Positions 59,037 to 64,000 of a DNA stretch of 64,000 bases are shown here, piece by piece. Source of the stretch: an uncultured Gammaproteobacteria bacterium. GTDB taxonomy: Bacteria; Patescibacteriota; Patescibacteriia; UBA9934. The notes beneath the pieces are model-generated. The model was not told where the DNA came from and searched no databases. It saw nothing but the letters and a program-made list of their open reading frames with translations. Location: NCBI GenBank assembly GCA_964401485.1, contig CAYNYL010000005.1, forward strand, positions 8,158-72,157. The letters run 5' to 3'. The position numbers and the translations under genes are program-made. Numbering within the stretch: the stretch's first letter is position 1; the number at the start of each line of letters is the position of its first letter.

Positions 59037-59165
59037 TCAGTGGCCGCCGTCTTGGAGACGGCCGCCGTCGGTGAGGATGGAGGACTGGGCGCGGTTGACG
59101 ACGAAGGCGACGGCGGTGAGGTCGTTGGTGGCCGGAGGGGCCGGACCGTAGGTGATGCCACGCAT
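59037..59165 (-). CDS. Candidate 42-aa peptide gene with extreme GC3 bias
   Basis: GAAGGAG lies 7 nt upstream of the ATG. Translation: MRGITYGPAPPATNDLTAVAFVVNRAQSSILTDGGRLQDGGH. 36 of 42 third positions are G/C. It sits in a ~260-bp GC-rich islet between two terminators. Confidence 0.35.
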   Translation of the reverse strand: MRGITYGPAPPATNDLTAVAFVVNRAQSSILTDGGRLQDGGH

Positions 59166-59264
59166 GGCACACTCCTTCGTGAGGGTGGACTGGACGTCCG
59201 CGATACCATTAACGGTTCGTCGAGGACGGGTGAAGAATAATGAAATCGTTACTACCCGTCAAGA

Positions 59265-61475
59265 TTAACGACGGGCGGTGCCGGCTTCGTCGATGTCTTC
59301 CATATTGACCGAAAGGAGGTTTGAGACGCCGTCGTTACCCATTGTCACGCCGTAAAGGAGGTTTGCCCGTTCCATCGTCGCGCGGTTGTGGGTGATAACA
59401 ATAAATTGGGTCAGGGTTTGGAGTTCGGAAAGGATGTTTGCGAAGCGGACGGTGTTTGCTTCGTCGAGGGCTGCGTCGACTTCGTCGAGGACGACGAATG
59501 GGGATGGGTTGGTCGCCATGATTGCGGAAAGGAGGGCGATCGACGTAAGGGCGCGTTCGCCTCCCGAGAGGGCGGAAAGGGAAGTCGCCTTTTTGCCCGG
59601 CGGAACGGCTTCGATTTCAACGCCAAGGAGACGTTCGCGACGTTTACCAAGGCGAGCCAGGGCAACTTCGCTTTCGGTTTGTTCTTCGATAAGTTCGTCG
59701 ATCGCGCGGTCGAGGGTGACGCCTGTCCCCGCTTCCTGCGTTTTCTCGACTTTCGTTAGACTTGCGTGACCTCCGCTAAAGAGCACCTTAAAGTACCGGC
59801 CAAAATGGTCGTTGATATGTTTAAACGAGGTGTCGGCCTGGGTTTTGATTGTCTCGTCGAGGTCGTCGATAATCGCTTCCGTTTTCTCGATTGCCGATTT
59901 TAGGTCGGTCAGTTGTTCGGAGAGGAAGGTAAAGCGGGTTTTTGTCGCCTCGTATTCGGAAAGAGTTTCCTCATCGATTGCACCGATCGCCTCGAGTTGT
60001 CGGCGGAGGCGCAGGAGGTCGCTTCGAAGGGCGTCGAGGTTTGCGCTTTGGGTTTTTTCGAGGGTCGCTTCGTCGACTTTCGCCTCGCGCATCTCGCGCT
60101 TTAGGTCTTCAAAGCGTGTTTCGATTCGCGCACGTTCAACCGCGAAGGCGTTTGCGTTTCGCTCAAGGGTATAGCGCTCGTCTTGGAGGCTTCGAAGGGT
60201 CTTTTGGATCGCAAAAAGTTCCGTGTTAACGGACGGAGTTGGGCGAAGGCTTGCTTGCCATGCGGTTTGCGCAGACTCGAGAGTCGAGCGAGCGGAGAGG
60301 GATTTTTGCCTTGCCTCTTCGAGGGCCTTTACGAGGGTTGGATCGACCTCCGCTTCGGTTTCCTTTGGACGGAGGAGCTTTTCTTTAAGGGAGCGAATGA
60401 GTGAAAAGATTTGCAGGACGGGAAGAGTGTCATTTTTTAAAATCGCGTCGAGTTCTTCGACGATCCGGGCGAGGGGAAGGGGGGTCCAGGAAGCGGTTTG
60501 CTTCACTTTCGAAAGCTCAAGAGCACGCTCGGCTTGGAAGACGGCTTGGCTCGCTTCGCGGTCCGCTTGTTGGGCCTTCTTAAAGGCATCTTCAAGCTCT
60601 CGATTCGTTCCCGGTTCAGTCTTTGTTGCGCTTTCACGCTCGAGGGTGAGGAGGCGTTCGTCGGAAGCCTTGAGTTTCGCGAGAACGGCGTCTAGTTTTT
60701 CTCGGGCAGAGGCTTTATTTTTTGAAACGACAAGAAGCTCATGGTCAAACGCAAACCATTGCGCGCCGTAGTAGCTCGATTCGATGCGCTTTAACTCAAC
60801 CTCGAGTGTTTCGCGTTGCTCGAGGCGACGCGCTTGGCGTTCAAGGAGTTTTAATCGCGGTTCGATTTCCGCAAGAAGACGCTCGGCTTCGATCATGTTT
60901 TCAATCGCCGACTCGAGCTTTAAGAGGGATTGATGGCGTCGCATTTGGAGGGCCTTCACCCCCGTCGCATCGTCAAAAAAGACCTTACGCTCTTCCGGAG
61001 ACGCCGTAAGAACATGATCGATCATTCCCTGGCCGACAACGGTGTAGCTCCGACCCCCGATGCCGATCTCCGCGAGAAGGAGTTGGATATCTTGGAGGCG
61101 CGCCGTTTTTCCGTTTAAGAGGTACTCGGAATTTCCATCGCGGTAGAGACGGCGGGTAATCGTAAACTCGCTAAATTCGACCGCGTTATGCCCCCCGGTA
61201 TTATCAAAAAAAAGTTCGACCTCGGCAAAACTCGCGCGACCCTTGCCCTCGCTTCCAAGGAAAATGACATCCTCCGATAATCGCCCACGAAGGAGCTTCA
61301 TCGATTGCTCCCCAAGGCACCAACGAATCGCGTCCGCAAGGTTCGACTTTCCCGACCCGTTTGGCCCAACGATCACCGTCAGCCCATTTTTCTCGCCCTT
61401 CGCCGTCGCAAAATTCACCTCCGTGCGTTTCGCGAAGGTCTTAAAGCCGGAAACCGAGAGGCTTTTTAGGTACAT
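59265..61475 (-). CDS. smc: SMC-family chromosome-segregation ATPase, short form (about 737 aa)
   Basis: N-terminal Walker A GPNGSGKSNLADAI, a long coiled coil, the C-terminal signature LSGGERALTSIALL and a Walker B VVLDEVDAALDE. Start set at the ATG at 61475 (MYLKSLSVSGF). Confidence 0.8.
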   Translation of the reverse strand: MYLKSLSVSGFKTFAKRTEVNFATAKGEKNGLTVIVGPNGSGKSNLADAIRWCLGEQSMKLLRGRLSEDVIFLGSEGKGRASFAEVELFFDNTGGHNAVEFSEFTITRRLYRDGNSEYLLNGKTARLQDIQLLLAEIGIGGRSYTVVGQGMIDHVLTASPEERKVFFDDATGVKALQMRRHQSLLKLESAIENMIEAERLLAEIEPRLKLLERQARRLEQRETLEVELKRIESSYYGAQWFAFDHELLVVSKNKASAREKLDAVLAKLKASDERLLTLERESATKTEPGTNRELEDAFKKAQQADREASQAVFQAERALELSKVKQTASWTPLPLARIVEELDAILKNDTLPVLQIFSLIRSLKEKLLRPKETEAEVDPTLVKALEEARQKSLSARSTLESAQTAWQASLRPTPSVNTELFAIQKTLRSLQDERYTLERNANAFAVERARIETRFEDLKREMREAKVDEATLEKTQSANLDALRSDLLRLRRQLEAIGAIDEETLSEYEATKTRFTFLSEQLTDLKSAIEKTEAIIDDLDETIKTQADTSFKHINDHFGRYFKVLFSGGHASLTKVEKTQEAGTGVTLDRAIDELIEEQTESEVALARLGKRRERLLGVEIEAVPPGKKATSLSALSGGERALTSIALLSAIMATNPSPFVVLDEVDAALDEANTVRFANILSELQTLTQFIVITHNRATMERANLLYGVTMGNDGVSNLLSVNMEDIDEAGTARR

Positions 61476-61520
61476 ACTAGAACTATTGTAACGGAAGTCT
61501 GTTTCCTTGACCATTTTCCC

Positions 61521-62507
61521 TTGGCTCGCTATAGTGACCCCTTTATGAGTCGCCTTCTCTCACGCCAAATTAAGCAGATGATTGCGGATGCCGAGCGTAT
61601 TTTGCTTTTGACGGATGCGCGGATTGACGGGGATACGATTGGATCGACGCTTGGGATGTATCATCTTCTCAAGGCGCAGGGGAAGGAGGTTTCGGTCTAT
61701 TCGCCAAGGCCCATGATTTCTTCCCTGGCATTTGTTCCAGGAACAGCGATGATCGAGCGAGGGCCGGAGGCTCTTTCCGCTATTTCGCCCGACCTTTGTC
61801 TTATCTTTGATTCGTCGGACGGGGAGTTTCTCGGCGAGCTTCCGGAGCATATTCGGCGAGTGCCTCTCGTTGTCTTTGATCATCACGCGTCGAACCCACA
61901 TTACGGCACAGTCCATCTTATCGACGCGGAGGCACCTTCGACGGCGGACGTTGTCTATCAGTTTGTAAAAGAGGCGGGGTATGCGCTTAATCGAGAGGCT
62001 TCGCAAGCAATTCTTACGGGCATTCTTACCGATACCAATGTTCTTTCAACGCCAAACACGACGCAAAAAACGCTTATCGCGACGGAGGACCTGATTGCAC
62101 ATGGTGCGAACATGCAAGAGATTATTCGCGAGACGATGATGAACAAGACCGAAAAGACGTTTCATCTTTGGGGGGTTGCTCTTTCACGACTCCACCAAAA
62201 TAGCGAGTTTGGAACGGTAACGACGGTGATTTTGCGTAAAGACATGGAGGAGATTGGGATCGACGACGGGGAGACGAAGGCGCTTTCGAATTTTTTGAAC
62301 GCGATGATTGATGCCGATTCGACCCTCGTCCTCAAGGAAACGGCCGAAGGCGATGTAAAGGGGAGTTTGCGGGCTATTTCAAAAAACGTACGGGAGATTG
62401 CGGAAAAGTATGGCGGAGGTGGCCACGATCTTGCGGCGGGATTTAAGATAACTGGTGCGTATTTAGAAGAACAGGGCGGTGAATGGAAAATCATGAGAAA
62501 AGAGTAG
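61521..62507 (+). CDS. nrnA: DHH/DHHA1 phosphoesterase (NrnA-like nanoRNase/pAp phosphatase)
   Basis: DHH motif VVFDHHASN and DHHA1 motif GGGGHDLAAGF. Confidence 0.8.
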   Translation: MARYSDPFMSRLLSRQIKQMIADAERILLLTDARIDGDTIGSTLGMYHLLKAQGKEVSVYSPRPMISSLAFVPGTAMIERGPEALSAISPDLCLIFDSSDGEFLGELPEHIRRVPLVVFDHHASNPHYGTVHLIDAEAPSTADVVYQFVKEAGYALNREASQAILTGILTDTNVLSTPNTTQKTLIATEDLIAHGANMQEIIRETMMNKTEKTFHLWGVALSRLHQNSEFGTVTTVILRKDMEEIGIDDGETKALSNFLNAMIDADSTLVLKETAEGDVKGSLRAISKNVREIAEKYGGGGHDLAAGFKITGAYLEEQGGEWKIMRKE

Positions 62508-62541
62508 AAGCGGACCATTGCTGGCCCGCTTCACGGTTGGA

Positions 62542-63234
62542 TCAGAGCGTACGGTACTCTCGTTCCAGTTTAGCGAGGAGTTCTTTACACCTGTTCAGGT
62601 CGTGGGAGTTGAACGCGTGAGCGAGGCTGTGGTGTGACCGTTTCACTACGCACACGAGAAAGGTTGTTGCGTGGACGCGGCGATTAGTGTCTGGTGGACG
62701 AGCGTGCAGTAGCCAGTTCACCCACCATAGAACGGCGCGAGGAGCGCGGTAAGCGCCGTGATCGATTAGGTGTCGCAGGTCGTCCTCTACCTGCTCGTCG
62801 TCCATGAATCCAATGGGTCCGCCTTCCCAGATGTTTAACTGCGTGTGCGCTACAATGATTTGCCGTGCACGTTCCGAGAGTCGTTGCGCAGCCGAAATTG
62901 CGACGAAACTACTAAGGATGCACTTTTGAGGGTTCACCTTAGCCCAGTACGCCGCGCTGCGTTCAAAAGTGTAGGCACGAAGAGCGAGGGGAGCGTTTGT
63001 TTGCCCTGCCACGAGGTCGCTGAGCTCGTTGCGATACCGCTTCTTCTTTCCTGTGACCTGAAACCTTAGTTCAGTAGCGAGCAGAGCATCCCAGCCGTCT
63101 GGTTCGATCCATCGTTCGCTTAGATCCGTCATGTACTCCTTTACCTCATCGGTGGTTACGCCATCAAATCCCGCGAGGTAGAGTTCATAGCGCAAAATTT
63201 GTGAATCATCGGTTAACCGCGTTGTCATGGACAC
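62542..63234 (-). CDS. Hypothetical protein (230 aa), moderately GC-elevated
   Basis: A clean ORF with an ATG start. No family recognised. Local GC is about 57%. Confidence 0.5.
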   Translation of the reverse strand: MSMTTRLTDDSQILRYELYLAGFDGVTTDEVKEYMTDLSERWIEPDGWDALLATELRFQVTGKKKRYRNELSDLVAGQTNAPLALRAYTFERSAAYWAKVNPQKCILSSFVAISAAQRLSERARQIIVAHTQLNIWEGGPIGFMDDEQVEDDLRHLIDHGAYRAPRAVLWWVNWLLHARPPDTNRRVHATTFLVCVVKRSHHSLAHAFNSHDLNRCKELLAKLEREYRTL

Positions 63235-63345
63235 TCCAAGGTAGGACTGAGCTTGATCACACGTCTAAGCTAGAGCGCTTATTGTAACCTGTCAACCAAA
63301 AACTTATGCCCCGTACTCTAGTAGTACGCCGTAGATAAATTAAGG

Positions 63346-63380
63346 TTGACAAGCTAGCAGTCGAAATAGTAGACTGCTAA
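63346..63380 (+). promoter_or_regulatory. Putative clpP promoter (TTGACA at 63346-63351) overlapped by a CIRCE-like inverted repeat TAGCAGTC-N9-GACTGCTA
   Basis: Read directly in the sequence. Compare the CIRCE consensus TTAGCACTC-N9-GAGTGCTAA. Confidence 0.5.
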
Positions 63381-63405
63381 TATAGTCATGCTATACTACT
63401 AATCT

Positions 63406-64000
63406 ATGTCGCAAGAGCTACACAATTCTATTTTGATCCCAACCGTTATTGAAAAGACGAGTTATGGGGAGCGGGCCTACGATATTTACTCCCGTTTGCT
63501 CAAGGATCGAATCATTTTCCTTGGAACGGCGATTGACGACCATGTCGCGAACGCGATTATCGCGCAGCTTCTTTTCCTTGAGAGCCAGGATAGCGAAAAA
63601 GATATTAAAATCTATATTAACTCGCCGGGAGGATCGGTGACGGCTGGGCTCGCGATCTACGATACGATGCAATATATTAAGCCGGATGTTTCGACGATTT
63701 GTGTCGGAATGGCGGCGTCGATGGGGGCGGTGCTCCTTGCTTCGGGAGCGAAAGGGAAGCGATTTGCTCTTCCAAACGCGGAAATCATGATCCACCAAGT
63801 CCTTGGAGGAGTCCAAGGGCAGGCAACGGATATTAAAATCCACGCCGAGCGCATTCTTAAGATGAAGGAGTCCCTCAACCAGATTCTTTCAAACCACACC
63901 GGTGTTCCGATTTCGAAGGTAACCGACGATACGGAGCGAGATAATTTCATGGATGCGAAGGACGCGAAGCGCTACGGCTTAATCGATAAAGTCATTACGA
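63406..64000 (+). CDS. clpP: ATP-dependent Clp protease proteolytic subunit, 5' partial at the window end
   Basis: [28 protein letters not shown]...[15 protein letters not shown] gives the catalytic Ser-His context. The ORF runs off the window. Confidence 0.9.
   Translation, partial: MSQELHNSILIPTVIEKTSYGERAYDIYSRLLKDRIIFLGTAIDDHVANAIIAQLLFLESQDSEKDIKIYINSPGGSVTAGLAIYDTMQYIKPDVSTICVGMAASMGAVLLASGAKGKRFALPNAEIMIHQVLGGVQGQATDIKIHAERILKMKESLNQILSNHTGVPISKVTDDTERDNFMDAKDAKRYGLIDKVIT

Noticed and set aside
58634-59240. 191-aa Pro/Ser-rich minus-strand ORF, and the 138-aa and 63-aa plus-strand ORFs in the same islet
   Set aside because: They are low-complexity, cross the terminator and the 3' end of the upstream gene, and lack the GC3 bias. 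Only the 42-aa frame with an SD shows a coding-like third-position bias.
59386-60771. Plus-strand ORFs of 120-180 aa opposite smc
   Set aside because: They are antisense to the SMC coiled-coil region and Arg/Ser-rich, the typical shadow ORFs of a coiled-coil gene.

Overview
The window is a housekeeping-dense chromosomal segment of about 50% GC on average that spans the replication origin, dnaA, dnaN and the rpmH-rnpA-yidD cluster. It also carries tig, comM, lspA, rpsO-NYN-pnp, a Xer-type recombinase next to two tRNAs, xth, polA, holA, rpsT, rmuC, ychF, rpsF-ssb-rpsR, epmA-efp, ftsK, a RodZ-like gene, recA, rpoB-rpoC, ruvC, trmB, a VanW-like gene, trmD-KH-rpsP, a short SMC-family gene, nrnA and the 5' part of clpP. 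I identify ten tRNA genes and one complete 16S rRNA gene on the minus strand that stands alone, with no 23S or 5S nearby. The 16S carries atypical bases in the universal 341F and 515F primer regions (GGGTGGCTGCAG and CAGCAGCGG). Together with a TrmB-family regulator, GerMN/Gmad2 proteins and missing operon partners (no yidC after yidD, no rimM in the rpsP-trmD operon), this fits a small-genome lineage, possibly Patescibacteria/CPR, but that assignment is unverified. The most unusual signal is a set of short GC-rich islets (roughly 57-63% GC, with codon third positions strongly biased to G/C) embedded in this backbone. Each is bounded by hairpin terminators, and several lie next to tRNAs or the recombinase. 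They encode a 283-aa protein of unknown function, a histidine-phosphatase-family enzyme, a 53-aa membrane microprotein, a 42-aa peptide and a small ORF beside the recombinase. Other points of interest are a bipartite oriC-like arrangement of DnaA boxes, a third DnaA-box cluster beside a 580-bp region with no ORF, a CIRCE-like operator at the clpP promoter, and a perfect 11-bp inverted repeat bracketing the rpoB promoter -10.
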